DNA of 32,000 bases from Candidatus Lokiarchaeum ossiferum (GCA_025839675.1 CP104013.1:1260001-1292000); one strand, 5' to 3'. Shown: positions 1 to 10,152, counted from the first letter of the stretch. A program made the numbers and translations. Notes: generated by a model not told the origin, from the sequence alone.

Positions 1-1865
1 TCTGCGTCAGAAAGTGGGGAGATTTTGTTATAAATAAACCATTCTGACTCAAAATTCATATATAATGATTGATTTATTACCTCTTTTTGGGTTATGGTAA
101 AATATGGACCATTATTATCATAAAGAAAATCAGAATCTTGAAAAATAATCCCTGGGATCAAAATATCAGTGCTTTTATCCCCATCAATATCATAATCAAT
201 ATTGAAATTATAACCAACAGAATTTTCATACAATAAGCTACTATAAAATATATCAAACAGATTAGGACATTCAAAGGAAATAGGGGTTATATCGAAAAGG
301 GTCAAAAACGAACTATTTACAACAACTCCCGCATATTCACTTGATAAAAAGAAGAGATCACCAGCAACAACAGGCATTAATTTATCAGAAATGCTTACTA
401 TCCGAGGATCTTGTTTAGAGAAAATCAAAGCAAAGGAAGTTGTTTGATCAGATCCACCTTCCAAAATAATAGGAAGGATTCCAACACATACCCCCCATTC
501 ATTAGTAGAATTTGGAGGCTCGTGATTATCCGAAAGAACCCCTTCCCTAAAGCTTATGATCTCGAAAGTTTTTTGCTGACTTTGGATATTGAGAGATACA
601 ATTTGTGACATTTTTATTGCTTGAAACATCTGGTTCTCATTTATATTTGGATCACCGTCATTAAAGGAAGGATACTGTTCACGATATTTTGAATTTAATC
701 CGAGATCATATTCATCTACTGCCTGAAAAATATGGGTTATTCCCGTGGGATCTCCAGTCGCATTGAATGAAACATACGCATTTCTTTCCCAAATGTTTTC
801 AATTTCTAAAATTTCTGGATCCATGGAATCAAATAGGGTATAATTATAAAAGAGCCATGAATTTGATGTCGCATTCATAGGCCCAGATCGTAATTGAGAT
901 AATTTTGTTAAAAAGAATGCTGTAGAGTTAGGTGCATTTCGATCAACATAGTACATATAGTAGTAGGGATATTTCCAATGATTTTGGAGTTCATTTGTAG
1001 GCATTCTACAAAAAGCTCCTTTAAATTCATAGTTAATATTTTGTCCGTCAGAAATATTGTAGTAGAATGGACCCACACTATTCCAATTAATTTGAGATAT
1101 TGGTTCAAGTGTCTCGGGATTGATAAAATCCATAACTTTTATAGAATCATCATCAAGATATTCAAAGGTGTTTTCGATAATTAGCACATCTTCAGAATAT
1201 GTAGAATTAGGAACATTTTGAGAATTATTTCCTAAATAATTTATATTGAGATTAAATAGATCCCAATTGACTCCCTCTTCACCCAAAGATGAAACATTTA
1301 ATTTAAAATCAATATCGAGGGTAGCAATATCGATGTGTAACAGATGAAATTGATTTGTAGCTGCAGTATTAATTTCATAATAGTATTCAATGTTATTTTG
1401 ATCGGATTCATCACCATCTTGATTTTCTGAAAGATGAGGAATTCCAACAGAAGCTAAAGCAATCACATCATTATTTGCAGTACGAATGAGACTTGTCGGC
1501 AAGCTTGGGGAAATAGTCCAATTCTGAAAATCGGAATAAGCCCTATACCTAATTAATTCTCCGGTGGCACCATCAATTATAGCAGTTTGGGTTTGGTGTT
1601 GAACTTTCCCAGAATTTTCATCCCAGCTATTATAATATGGATTAATCCAATAGAATAAATCGTTTATTCCATCTTGGTTTACATCCTCAATCATGATTGA
1701 ATCACTTGGAGATGATAATTCGCTAAAGGGATAAACCCATCCGTCCGCAGAACTTGGAGGTACATCTTGATTGATTCCTGCAATACCCCCTAGTAATAAC
1801 CCCATAGAAATTAAAATCCATGCGATTTTTACACCACTTTTATAAGTAGAACGATCATTTATCAT
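1..1865 (-). CDS. Partial (3' end leaves the window) secreted or membrane-anchored protein with FG-GAP/VCBS-like calcium-binding loops; probable beta-propeller surface protein
   Basis: Absent from the supplied track, presumably because no stop codon lies inside the window. I translated the minus strand by hand from ATG (1865-1863) down to position 3 and found 621 codons with no stop (MINDRSTYKSGVKIAWILISMGLLLGGIAG ... EWFIYNKISPLSDA). It has an N-terminal hydrophobic signal/anchor and DxDxDG-type loops (EDVNQDGINDLFY, NIDYDIDGDKSTDILIPG, FNDGDPNIN). Track ORFs 411-608, 908-1108 and 978-1184 lie inside it in other frames or on the other strand. Confidence 0.75.
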   Translation of the reverse strand, partial: MINDRSTYKSGVKIAWILISMGLLLGGIAGINQDVPPSSADGWVYPFSELSSPSDSIMIEDVNQDGINDLFYWINPYYNSWDENSGKVQHQTQTAIIDGATGELIRYRAYSDFQNWTISPSLPTSLIRTANNDVIALASVGIPHLSENQDGDESDQNNIEYYYEINTAATNQFHLLHIDIATLDIDFKLNVSSLGEEGVNWDLFNLNINYLGNNSQNVPNSTYSEDVLIIENTFEYLDDDSIKVMDFINPETLEPISQINWNSVGPFYYNISDGQNINYEFKGAFCRMPTNELQNHWKYPYYYMYYVDRNAPNSTAFFLTKLSQLRSGPMNATSNSWLFYNYTLFDSMDPEILEIENIWERNAYVSFNATGDPTGITHIFQAVDEYDLGLNSKYREQYPSFNDGDPNINENQMFQAIKMSQIVSLNIQSQQKTFEIISFREGVLSDNHEPPNSTNEWGVCVGILPIILEGGSDQTTSFALIFSKQDPRIVSISDKLMPVVAGDLFFLSSEYAGVVVNSSFLTLFDITPISFECPNLFDIFYSSLLYENSVGYNFNIDYDIDGDKSTDILIPGIIFQDSDFLYDNNGPYFTITQKEVINQSLYMNFESEWFIYNKISPLSDA

Positions 1866-2094
1866 TTTTACAACTCAACATTCAATTGATTTATGAATAT
1901 ATAATCTTTTTGTCAATAAACCTAATAAACTGTGATGATTCAAACAATCGGAAAATCTTAGAATGATCAGCTGACCATAAATTTTGGACAAAATTATTTA
2001 CCTTTTTCCGTTAGACAGAGAACACCAATTTAAAAAAAAAAATTTTCATAATTCATTAGAAGTTATTTTCGAGGATCGTTTTCACATGAAATGT

Positions 2095-2120
2095 AAAAAA
2101 AAAAATCAACTAAAAAAAAA
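2095..2120 (-). terminator. Oligo-T tracts (minus strand) just downstream of the giant surface-protein gene
   Basis: A11 (2095-2105) and A9 (2112-2120) on the plus strand read as T-runs on the minus strand, 20-45 nt after the TAA at 2140-2142. Oligo-T is the established archaeal termination signal. Confidence 0.4.
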
Positions 2121-2139
2121 GCCAATATCACAGTTTTTA

Positions 2140-5100
2140 TTAAATAGGTCTCTTTTTATTTCGATTTACAGTAATTATTACGAATACAGCACCGAAGAGA
2201 GTTAGAAGAACAAGCCCTGGACTTCCAAATGATATAGATGGGGACCTACGTCCAGTTGGTGAAGTACCATTTGAAGTATCATGTGCAGTATATGTCTCAT
2301 CTGGTTCATCATCCCAATCAAAATCAATATAGTAATCAACATAAACATGTTCAATATACACACAATTAGACATTGGACTCAATCCATTAGCATTTTCTGC
2401 AACTAGAACAAAATAATTCATTTCTCCTTCGTTAAGATAGAAATAGGTATTATTTGAAAATACAATATCAATAGGAGTTAAATTTTCAATCGTTATAATT
2501 TCTACAGAATCCCGATAAACATAATATGTATTTTCAGGATTATAATTCCAAGCAAGTTGAATATAATAATCAGTTGTGTTTTTCGGATCAAACTCATCAA
2601 GAATTGGGGCCAAAGGTAAAGAATTAAAGACTTCTACGCATACACAATTCGATAAATTGCTACTCCCAATTCCATTTTCAGCAATAATTGCATAATAATA
2701 AATTCCATCGAGTAAATCATAATCATAATAATTACTCCAAGGGCTACTGGTAATAGGAAGTAATCCATCAGTAGTATTGATTTCTTTTGAATCACGATAT
2801 ACCAAGTAAAAATCGCTATCTGGATCATCACCCCAATTTATAAGTACATCACCATCTCTATCGATGCATGGTAAAATTTCATCGACAATGGGAGCATCCG
2901 GAGCCGAAAGTAATACCGTCACATTTTGACATTGTGATAATGAACTATAGCCATTTCCATTTACTGCCACGACAACATAATAATAGATGCCATTTGGTAA
3001 ATTATAGTCATAATAATAGGTCGAATATGGAGACCTAGTTGCAATAGGAGCCATTCCTTCGATGGAAGTAATTAATGTATTTGATCGATAAACGTGATAT
3101 TCATCAGCTTCATCAATATAATTCCAATCCACTTTAACATCACCATCTTTATCGACAAGGGGATAAAATTCATGGAGATTAGGAGCTTCTGGAGGAACAT
3201 TGTGAACGATTACAGATTCACAATTTGAGATGGAACTATTTCCATTCTTATTTGCTGCGATGATCACATAATAATATGTACCATCGGGTAAATTTTCATC
3301 ATAATAATAGCTCGATGTTGTAGTAGCAATTGGAACCTTTCCAGTCACTGACGTGATAAATGAAATTGATCGAAATACATAATAATCTTGGGTATCACTA
3401 GCATAATCCCAATCTACTTCGACACGACCATCATGATCAGGGTTGGGATAAAATGAAGAAAGTCGTGGTGCCTCCGGAGGGGTATTTATTACTTGCACAC
3501 TTTCACAATTCGAAATTGAACTATTTCCATTGTGGTTGCAGGCCACAACAACATAATAATAGGTTCCATCAGGCAAATTATCATCATTAAAATATGTCGA
3601 TGAGGAGGATCTCTCTGCAATGGGGTCCATCCCTTCAACAGATGCTATAGTTGAGGTTGATCGAAAAATAAAGTATTCATCTGCTTCATCAACAGAATTC
3701 CAATCCACTTCAACATTACCATCATGATCAGGATTGGGATAAAATGAGTAAAGTCGTGGCGCCTCTGGAGGGGTATTTATTATTTGCACACTTTCACAAT
3801 TTGACATTGTACTATTTCCATTTTCATTTACAGCAATGACGACGTAGTGATATATACCGTCGGGTAAATTATTATCATAATAATAGGAATACGATGAAGA
3901 TCTAATTGCAATGGGGGTCATTCCTTCAATGGATGTGATTACTGAACTTGATCGAAAAACTAAAAATTCGTCAGCTTCATAATCACTACTCCAATCAACT
4001 TCCACAGAACCATCATTATCAGGATTTGGATTGAATTCATAGAGAATAGGTGCATTTGGAGGAACATGTGATACAGTTACTCCTTCACAATTTGACATTG
4101 TGCTATTTCCATTTTTATTTACTGCTACAACGACGTAGTAGTAAGTTCCATCGGGCAAATTATTATCATAATAATAGGAATAAGATGAGGATCTAATTGC
4201 TATTGGAGTCATTCCCTCAAAAGTGGTAATTATTGAGTTTGATCGAAAAATTAAATATTCTTCCACATCACTAACCCCGTTCCAATCGACTTCCACATCT
4301 CCATCTTTGTCCAATTGTGGATAAAACTCATAAAGAATAGGAGCATTGGGAGGAATATTTGTGACCGAAACGGCTTCACAATTCGAAATAGAACTATTTC
4401 CATTCGCATTGCTTGCCACGATAACATAATAATAGGTATCATCAAGTAAATTATTGTCATAATAATAACTGGATGTAGTAATAGCAACCGGCTCCATCCC
4501 GCTAATCGAAATGATTTCTGAAGTGGATCGATATATGTAATACTGTGCTGTATCGTATGAATTACCCCAATCAACTTCCACTTCTCCATCAAAATCGGGA
4601 TTGGGGGAAAAAGAATTTAGTTCTACAGGTTGGGGTGCGCAATTCTCGACAATGATCATTTCACAATTGGACATTGTGCTATTACCGTTATGATTCACCG
4701 CCACAACAACATAATAATAGGTACCATCAGATAAACTATAATCATGAAAAATGCTGGAACTGGTTGTAGAAACAGGGCTCATCCCCTCAATAGAAGTTAT
4801 ATTTGAAAATGATCGAAAAACAAGATATTTGTCAGCATTATTGATAGAATACCAATCAACGGTCACATCACCATCTCTATCAGGTGAATGACTAAATCCA
4901 AAGATGATTGGAGCTTCCGGTGGTTCATTTACAATGGAGACCAATTCGCAATTAGAGGGTATACTATTTCCGTTCCCATTTGCGGCCACAATAACATAAT
5001 AATAAGTTCCATCAGATAAATAATAATCATCGTAATAACTGGAGGTTGTTATTGCAATTGGATTCAACCCGATTAGGGATTCAATTGTTGAAGTTGAACG

Positions 5101-7038
5101 ATATATATAATACTTACTTATTTCAGCAACATCGTTCCAATTAAGATTCACAATCCCATCGTGGTTTGGATTTGGTGAAATTGAACTTAGAGACGGTGCA
5201 TTCGGGGGAAGTAAAGTTACAAGCACACTTTCACAATTAGATATTGGACTTTTTCCATTCGAATTTTTCGCCACAACTATATAATAATAGGTTCCATTAT
5301 CCAATCCTTCATCATAATAATAAGTTGAAGAAGTTACCTCGAGGGGCACCTGATCTTCTAAGGACGTGATTAGAGTGGAGTTTCTATAAATTAAATAGGA
5401 TGTGGCTCTATCAGATCTACTCCAAGAGAGACGAACAATCCCATCAATATCAGGATTTGGGGAAATTGAAGAAAGAATGGGCATATTTGGAACAGAACGA
5501 ATTATCTGAACTGCTTCCGAATTAGAAAGACTGCTGTTGCCAATTTCATTTGAAGCAATTACAGCATAGTAATAGGTTCCTTCTTGAAGGTTATATTCGT
5601 AAAAATAGCTTGATGAGGTCGTTGTCAGGGGTTGCATTCCAGTTGTAGATAATATTTCAGATCCGCTTCTAAATAGATAATATGTTGAAGTCTCAGGGAT
5701 ATCATCCCATTCAACTTGAATATTCCCATCATAATCTGGTTCTAAAGAAAATGAATCCAAGACGGGTGCGGGAAGTATTGATTGAATTACTTGAACATGT
5801 TCACAATTGGAAATACCACTACTGCCAAGCTCATTCTCAGCCCTGATAACATAGTAATAATTACCGTTTTCAAGATCATTGTCATAGAAATAGCTCGATG
5901 AAGTTGATGAGTAGGGTGCCATTCCGTTAATAGATGTGATAGCAGTGTCATTTCGATAAATATAGTATGTATCAGCCCCCGAAATAGAATTCCAATCAAG
6001 ATGAACATCTCCATCAGTATCGGGATTAATTGTAAAACTCGATAATACCGGTGTAGCTGGAACAGTGTAGGAAATTTGAATCGATTCACAATTCGAAAGT
6101 TCGCTATTGCCATACTCATTTGAGGCAACAACAGCATAATAATACGTGTTTTCAAGTAAATCGTATTCATAATGATAACTACCTATAGTGCTGACATGAT
6201 AAGTCTGACCTATTAACGATGTAATTTCGGAGGTGTTTCGGTATAAGTAATAAGTATCGACATCACTTACATCATTCCAATTAACATATATATCGCCGTC
6301 AAAATCTACTGCAGCTGAAAATGTAGCCATAGTCGGAGTCGAAGGTTCCTCGGGATCTACAATCACGCTTCTACAGGCAGATAGAGTACTATTTCCATTT
6401 TCATTTGACGCAATCACCGCATAATAATACAGACCATAGGGTTGATCGAGATCATTATAGCTACTACTTGCCGTGGAAATATAATAGGGGCGTCCTTCAA
6501 TGGAAGTAATTTCGGAAGAGTCCTTAAAAAGATAATACATATCGGTGTCAGAAGTGCTTCCCCAATCAATCAAAATATCGCCGTCTTTATCGGTGCTAGG
6601 AGAAATTGTATAAAGAGAAGGTGTAGTTGGTTCAGAATTAATAATGATGACGCTTTCACAATTTGACATTGAGCTATTTTCTTCTCCATTGGAGGCGATT
6701 ATGACATAAAAATATTCTCCATCAAGAAGATCAACGTCATTAAAGTAACTTGAAGTAGTAGAAGAAATTGGGACAAGTCCTTCAATAGAGGTAATTTGGG
6801 AAGTATTTCGATAAACATAATAAGTTGAAACGCCCGTTACATACACCCAATCCACATAGACATCTCCATCACGATCGATTCTTGTAGGAAATGCATATAA
6901 TCGTGGAGAATCTACACCAGCGCTTTTTGGAATAATATAATTAGGAGGTAAATTTGAGGACAACACATTACCCGCAATAATATTCAAGGCTAATATCATT
7001 AGGAGGTAGAAACATCGGAAGGAGCCTTTTTGCTTCAT
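2140..7038 (-). CDS. Giant cell-surface protein: signal peptide, 16 tandem ~97-aa fibronectin type III-like domains, Ser/Thr-rich stalk and PGF-CTERM-like C-terminal anchor
   Basis: 1632-aa ORF. The N-terminus MKQKGSFRCFYLLMILALNIIAG looks like a signal peptide. The unit P..P.L..F.PNPD.DG.V.VDW....D.Y.IYRS.S.ITS.EGM.PIA..SSS.YYD.NLPDGTYYYVV.A.N.NGNS..SNCE.V.V recurs 16 times (counted on the SNCE-type motif). The C-terminus ...TSNGTSPTGRRSPSISFGSPGLVLLTLFGAVFVIITVNRNKKRPI is PG-L, a hydrophobic helix and a basic tail. Confidence 0.95.
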   Translation of the reverse strand: MKQKGSFRCFYLLMILALNIIAGNVLSSNLPPNYIIPKSAGVDSPRLYAFPTRIDRDGDVYVDWVYVTGVSTYYVYRNTSQITSIEGLVPISSTTSSYFNDVDLLDGEYFYVIIASNGEENSSMSNCESVIIINSEPTTPSLYTISPSTDKDGDILIDWGSTSDTDMYYLFKDSSEITSIEGRPYYISTASSSYNDLDQPYGLYYYAVIASNENGNSTLSACRSVIVDPEEPSTPTMATFSAAVDFDGDIYVNWNDVSDVDTYYLYRNTSEITSLIGQTYHVSTIGSYHYEYDLLENTYYYAVVASNEYGNSELSNCESIQISYTVPATPVLSSFTINPDTDGDVHLDWNSISGADTYYIYRNDTAITSINGMAPYSSTSSSYFYDNDLENGNYYYVIRAENELGSSGISNCEHVQVIQSILPAPVLDSFSLEPDYDGNIQVEWDDIPETSTYYLFRSGSEILSTTGMQPLTTTSSSYFYEYNLQEGTYYYAVIASNEIGNSSLSNSEAVQIIRSVPNMPILSSISPNPDIDGIVRLSWSRSDRATSYLIYRNSTLITSLEDQVPLEVTSSTYYYDEGLDNGTYYYIVVAKNSNGKSPISNCESVLVTLLPPNAPSLSSISPNPNHDGIVNLNWNDVAEISKYYIYRSTSTIESLIGLNPIAITTSSYYDDYYLSDGTYYYVIVAANGNGNSIPSNCELVSIVNEPPEAPIIFGFSHSPDRDGDVTVDWYSINNADKYLVFRSFSNITSIEGMSPVSTTSSSIFHDYSLSDGTYYYVVVAVNHNGNSTMSNCEMIIVENCAPQPVELNSFSPNPDFDGEVEVDWGNSYDTAQYYIYRSTSEIISISGMEPVAITTSSYYYDNNLLDDTYYYVIVASNANGNSSISNCEAVSVTNIPPNAPILYEFYPQLDKDGDVEVDWNGVSDVEEYLIFRSNSIITTFEGMTPIAIRSSSYSYYYDNNLPDGTYYYVVVAVNKNGNSTMSNCEGVTVSHVPPNAPILYEFNPNPDNDGSVEVDWSSDYEADEFLVFRSSSVITSIEGMTPIAIRSSSYSYYYDNNLPDGIYHYVVIAVNENGNSTMSNCESVQIINTPPEAPRLYSFYPNPDHDGNVEVDWNSVDEADEYFIFRSTSTIASVEGMDPIAERSSSSTYFNDDNLPDGTYYYVVVACNHNGNSSISNCESVQVINTPPEAPRLSSFYPNPDHDGRVEVDWDYASDTQDYYVFRSISFITSVTGKVPIATTTSSYYYDENLPDGTYYYVIIAANKNGNSSISNCESVIVHNVPPEAPNLHEFYPLVDKDGDVKVDWNYIDEADEYHVYRSNTLITSIEGMAPIATRSPYSTYYYDYNLPNGIYYYVVVAVNGNGYSSLSQCQNVTVLLSAPDAPIVDEILPCIDRDGDVLINWGDDPDSDFYLVYRDSKEINTTDGLLPITSSPWSNYYDYDLLDGIYYYAIIAENGIGSSNLSNCVCVEVFNSLPLAPILDEFDPKNTTDYYIQLAWNYNPENTYYVYRDSVEIITIENLTPIDIVFSNNTYFYLNEGEMNYFVLVAENANGLSPMSNCVYIEHVYVDYYIDFDWDDEPDETYTAHDTSNGTSPTGRRSPSISFGSPGLVLLTLFGAVFVIITVNRNKKRPI
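2347..6905 (-). repeat. Array of 16 in-frame coding tandem repeats (period about 291 nt) inside the giant gene
   Basis: Some neighbouring units are nearly identical at DNA level. For example, 3462-3531 versus 3753-3822 (offset exactly 291 nt) reads gtcgtgg[t/c]gcctc[c/t]ggaggggtatttatta[c/t]ttgcacactttcacaatt. The units around 3840-3930 and 4140-4230 are likewise similar. Outer units are much more diverged. Confidence 0.9.
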
Positions 7039-7227
7039 ACATTATTATTAGCGAAATGACTAAATAAATACATAAGATACTTTTGAATCTATGATTTTTG
7101 AATCGGACATTCCCAAGGATAGATTTCGCGCATCTATGAACCCATCCGAAGGATTTTTGATTTTTTAAATAACTCCTTAAAAAAAAGGTTCCAGTGATGA
7201 GATAAAATTTACCAATAAAGCAAAAAA

Positions 7228-7443
7228 TTATACCAATACTGCAATTAGTAGAATACATAGGGCCACTATCACAATTTTGACGATAGTCCAGCCATGTTTC
7301 ATAAAAAAATTACTTTTGGTGTCTCGTTTTTTTCGCAAATCTTCTTCATCCATGGGAATTTGGTGCTGATATAAATCGTTGTATCGACCTTCATTATAAT
7401 TTTCCCGACGCATCATATCGAACTTTGTTAAATCGATCACCAT
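7228..7443 (-). CDS. Small hypothetical tail-anchored membrane protein (71 aa)
   Basis: The ORF has a charged N-terminal half and one C-terminal hydrophobic helix (TIVKIVIVALCILLIAVLV). It lies upstream of the giant gene on the same strand. I recognise no family. Confidence 0.4.
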   Translation of the reverse strand: MVIDLTKFDMMRRENYNEGRYNDLYQHQIPMDEEDLRKKRDTKSNFFMKHGWTIVKIVIVALCILLIAVLV

Positions 7444-7618
7444 AGTTACCTATTTTAAGCAAAAAAGAGACTAAAAACAATTTCCGCGGGGTTCAGATGA
7501 AATCATATGCTACCATCTGTAAATCTGCAAAACTCATTTCTTTTTAATTGATATCATTCCTTTTTTTCTCAACCCATTAATTTTATAGTAAAGAACTTCT
7601 AACTAGGTTGTAGGGGCC

Positions 7619-8257
7619 ATGACTAAAGTAAATAAATTCTGGGATAACCAAGCAAAAAATTATGACAAAAGTGAAGAACATTATGACCAAATTCACCTCA
7701 AGATTACTAAAAACACACTAAAATATCTCCATGAAGATAATATTGTATTAGATTATGGATGCGGGACTGGGACTAAAACTCTTCTTTTGGCCGATAAAGT
7801 CGAAAAAATACACGGAATTGATATCTCATTAAAAATGATTGAAAAAGCAAGAAGTAAAACCATTAAACATAAGATTATGAATGTGAGATTTGAACATTCT
7901 CCAATATTAAAAACGGATTTTGAAAATGAAAAATTTGATGTGATCTTAGCGTTCAATGTATTGCATGTTATTGACAATATTCATCAAGTTCTCCCAAGAA
8001 TCCATCAATTATTAAAACCTGGTGGGTTATTTATTTCGGCAACCCCTTGTTTAAAAGAAAAAATGCAATTTCTAAAAAAATTGCAATTGACTTTTTATTC
8101 CATTATGATTAAATTCGGCGTCGTTCCAAATTTTTTAACCAAATTTAAATTCTCAGATATAGAAAGACATATTTCTGATGAAAAATTCCATATTTTGGAT
8201 TCTGAACACCTATATTATAAGGTTTCGAACTATTTCATTGTCGCTAAGAAACTATAA
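7619..8257 (+). CDS. Class I SAM-dependent methyltransferase
   Basis: Motif I is VLDYGCGTGTKTLLLA. The acidic post-I residue is in HGIDIS. Motifs DVILAFNVLHVI and LKPGGLFI match the Methyltransf_11/25-type layout. Confidence 0.9.
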   Translation: MTKVNKFWDNQAKNYDKSEEHYDQIHLKITKNTLKYLHEDNIVLDYGCGTGTKTLLLADKVEKIHGIDISLKMIEKARSKTIKHKIMNVRFEHSPILKTDFENEKFDVILAFNVLHVIDNIHQVLPRIHQLLKPGGLFISATPCLKEKMQFLKKLQLTFYSIMIKFGVVPNFLTKFKFSDIERHISDEKFHILDSEHLYYKVSNYFIVAKKL

Positions 8258-8432
8258 GGATATAGAAAAGAAGCTCAGGGATTAACACTTTAAAAAAACG
8301 AAATTGTTGGCGATAAAACAAATAAATCAAAGGAGTAAGTATTATTGGAATATTGTCATCACTTTTTTAGCATTTTTCTAACACGATCAATTTTTATCAT
8401 AGGATTTTTCAAAAGTTAGCTTGGTAGTATAA

Positions 8433-8666
8433 GTGGTGACAGAAATGACTAGTCAAAAAAATAAATTTCGAAGTGATGGAACCGATGGTATTCGGAGGGC
8501 GGTTATTAAGTTTTATCGAAATCATGTATACGGAGCATATAATGATATTTTAGAATGGACCCAAGAAAATAAAATACAAATTTTGGACTTACTCCAGCAG
8601 GAATTCCAGGATTGTGATAGCAAAACTATAGAATCTATTATGGATTCGTATTATTCCGATTTTTAG
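8433..8666 (+). CDS. Small hypothetical protein (77 aa from GTG 8433, or 73 aa from ATG 8445)
   Basis: Isolated ORF with ordinary amino-acid composition and no recognisable motif. Confidence 0.35.
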   Translation: MVTEMTSQKNKFRSDGTDGIRRAVIKFYRNHVYGAYNDILEWTQENKIQILDLLQQEFQDCDSKTIESIMDSYYSDF

Positions 8667-8837
8667 CCAAATTACATATTGTAAAATATTAAGCAAAATT
8701 AAAACCAAAATAAAATTCAATTACATTAGTATTGTCCAATAATTTCACCGATACATGAATTCAAAAATTTTTTTTTATGAGAATTCATAGAGCATCCTAG
8801 GTTCCAATATTTCATTCAAAGATACTTCTCGATGGGA

Positions 8838-9314
8838 TTAAGGTTTTTTATTGTTTGTATTCTGAATATAAAATAAAACAATTGCTTGCATCAATGAAAC
8901 GTAACCCCATCCAAAATTTGTCAACGTGTAATTTACTCGCACGGGAGAAGTTTCAAAAATCTTCCTTTCCACAACTTGCTGGTTTTCAAGAAAGCGTAAT
9001 CGATCTGTCAGAATACGGGATCCAATTCCTTGAATTTCTTGTTTTAGGTCATTAAAAAAGGGATTCCCTAAGCGAACTAGAGCATAAATTATCTCTACCA
9101 TCCATTTTCCAGTAAATATTTCCCCTACTTGTTTGAAAATATCAAGTTCAAGAGATTTTAGTTTATCAGAATGAGGAAATTCATGGATCTCTTGGGAAAT
9201 TGCTTGCATCATCTCTTTTTGCAAAATACTTATTTGGGATATTGGACTTGCAAAACGTTTTAGAAGGTCATTTTTGGTTTCCTCTAAATTCTCATCCTTC
9301 GAATTTTCCTTCAT
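8838..9314 (-). CDS. HxlR-family winged-helix transcriptional regulator
   Basis: KWMVEIIYALVRLGNPFFNDLKQEIQGIGSRILTDRLRFLENQQVVERKIFETSPVRVNYTLTNFG matches the HxlR/DUF24 signature (KW..I...L..G..RF.EL...I..IS...L...L..LE..G.V.R......P.RV.Y.LT..G). The track starts at GTG 9341; I prefer ATG 9314 (MKENSKD...). Confidence 0.9.
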   Translation of the reverse strand: MKENSKDENLEETKNDLLKRFASPISQISILQKEMMQAISQEIHEFPHSDKLKSLELDIFKQVGEIFTGKWMVEIIYALVRLGNPFFNDLKQEIQGIGSRILTDRLRFLENQQVVERKIFETSPVRVNYTLTNFGWGYVSLMQAIVLFYIQNTNNKKP

Positions 9315-9396
9315 TCTAAATCTAAGTATATAAAACTGCACTTACTAAAAAAAACCACACTTTTTACTTCATATAGAACAACCCTCAATATTAAGT
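9315..9396. promoter_or_regulatory. Divergent promoter region between the HxlR regulator and the transglutaminase-like gene
   Basis: 82-bp AT-rich spacer between divergent starts, with TATA-like elements tatataaaa (9327-9335) and ttcatataga (9368-9377, about 25 nt before ATG 9397). No transcription start data are available. Confidence 0.3.
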
Positions 9397-10110
9397 ATGA
9401 ACTATTCAAACCTTAACTTAACGGATGTAAATCATCCGATAGTTCAACATGTTGTACGCAAACTAACTGGAACCTCGAAAAGCAATACAGAAAAAGTTCA
9501 CAACTTCTTCATGTTTATCAGAGATGAAATTAAATTTGCGTTTCCACTTGAAGGAGACTTTGTCTCCGCTGCCGACATAATTAAAACCAAAAAAGGTCAA
9601 TGCAACAACAAAGGCACGCTATTCTACACCTTATGCAAAGCCGCTGGAATCCCTGTTCGGATGCATTTCTCTGCAATCGATAAAGTGATCCAACGAGGTC
9701 TCTTTAAGGGGTTATTCTATGAAATGTTACCACAGCAACTCTCCCATAGTTGGATCGAAGTCCAGTTAGATGGCAAATGGATTGCCATTGATTCCTATAT
9801 TAACGACTTTGATTATTATGTCGCAGGAAAAAAGAAATTGCAAGATAATGGATGGAAAACAGGATTTTCAATCTCATGCGAAAAGGAAGAATCTTCAGCA
9901 GATTTGAACTTGGAAACGGAAAAATTTGTTCAGATGGATGCTGTCACTGAAGATCATGGCCTTTGGACATCACCGGAGTTATATTATCAATCGGATTGTT
10001 ATCACAACCGCCCGAGTATACTCAAATTAGCAATATACAAAATTCTAATCCGAAGAGTAAATCGTAGAATTAAAAAAATTAGGCAATCTATGCTAAAGTC
10101 GATAGCATAA
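9397..10110 (+). CDS. Transglutaminase-like cysteine protease superfamily protein
   Basis: The catalytic Cys context is KKGQCNNKGTLFYTLCKAAGIPVR. The His context is SHSWIEVQLDGKWIAIDS, followed by Asp. This is the classic Transglut_core order. Confidence 0.9.
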   Translation: MNYSNLNLTDVNHPIVQHVVRKLTGTSKSNTEKVHNFFMFIRDEIKFAFPLEGDFVSAADIIKTKKGQCNNKGTLFYTLCKAAGIPVRMHFSAIDKVIQRGLFKGLFYEMLPQQLSHSWIEVQLDGKWIAIDSYINDFDYYVAGKKKLQDNGWKTGFSISCEKEESSADLNLETEKFVQMDAVTEDHGLWTSPELYYQSDCYHNRPSILKLAIYKILIRRVNRRIKKIRQSMLKSIA

Positions 10111-10152
10111 GTCCTTTGATGAATCGAAATCCATCTCATTCTTCTCTAAAAC

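Noticed and set aside
411-1184. Track ORFs 411-608 (+), 908-1108 (-), 978-1184 (+)
   Set aside because: They are embedded in the 621-codon open frame on the minus strand (1-1865), which has far better protein character.
1984-2205. 73-aa plus-strand ORF
   Set aside because: It consists mostly of poly-A/T-derived Lys/Phe codons in the terminator region, and it overlaps the 3' end of the giant gene.
2634-6666. Track ORFs 2634-2831, 4251-4592, 5787-6170 (minus strand, other frames) and 6442-6666 (plus strand) inside the giant gene
   Set aside because: They lie wholly within the 1632-aa repeat gene. They are Met/Ile-rich, low-complexity translations of the repeat in wrong frames and carry no independent signal.
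6968-7258. 96-aa minus-strand ORF spanning the giant gene start and its upstream region
   Set aside because: It overlaps the well-supported start of the giant gene and the 3' end of the 71-aa ORF. The composition is odd and there are no motifs.
7753-9055. Antisense ORFs 7753-7977 (-) and 8855-9055 (+)
   Set aside because: They lie antisense within the methyltransferase and HxlR genes, which have clear family motifs.
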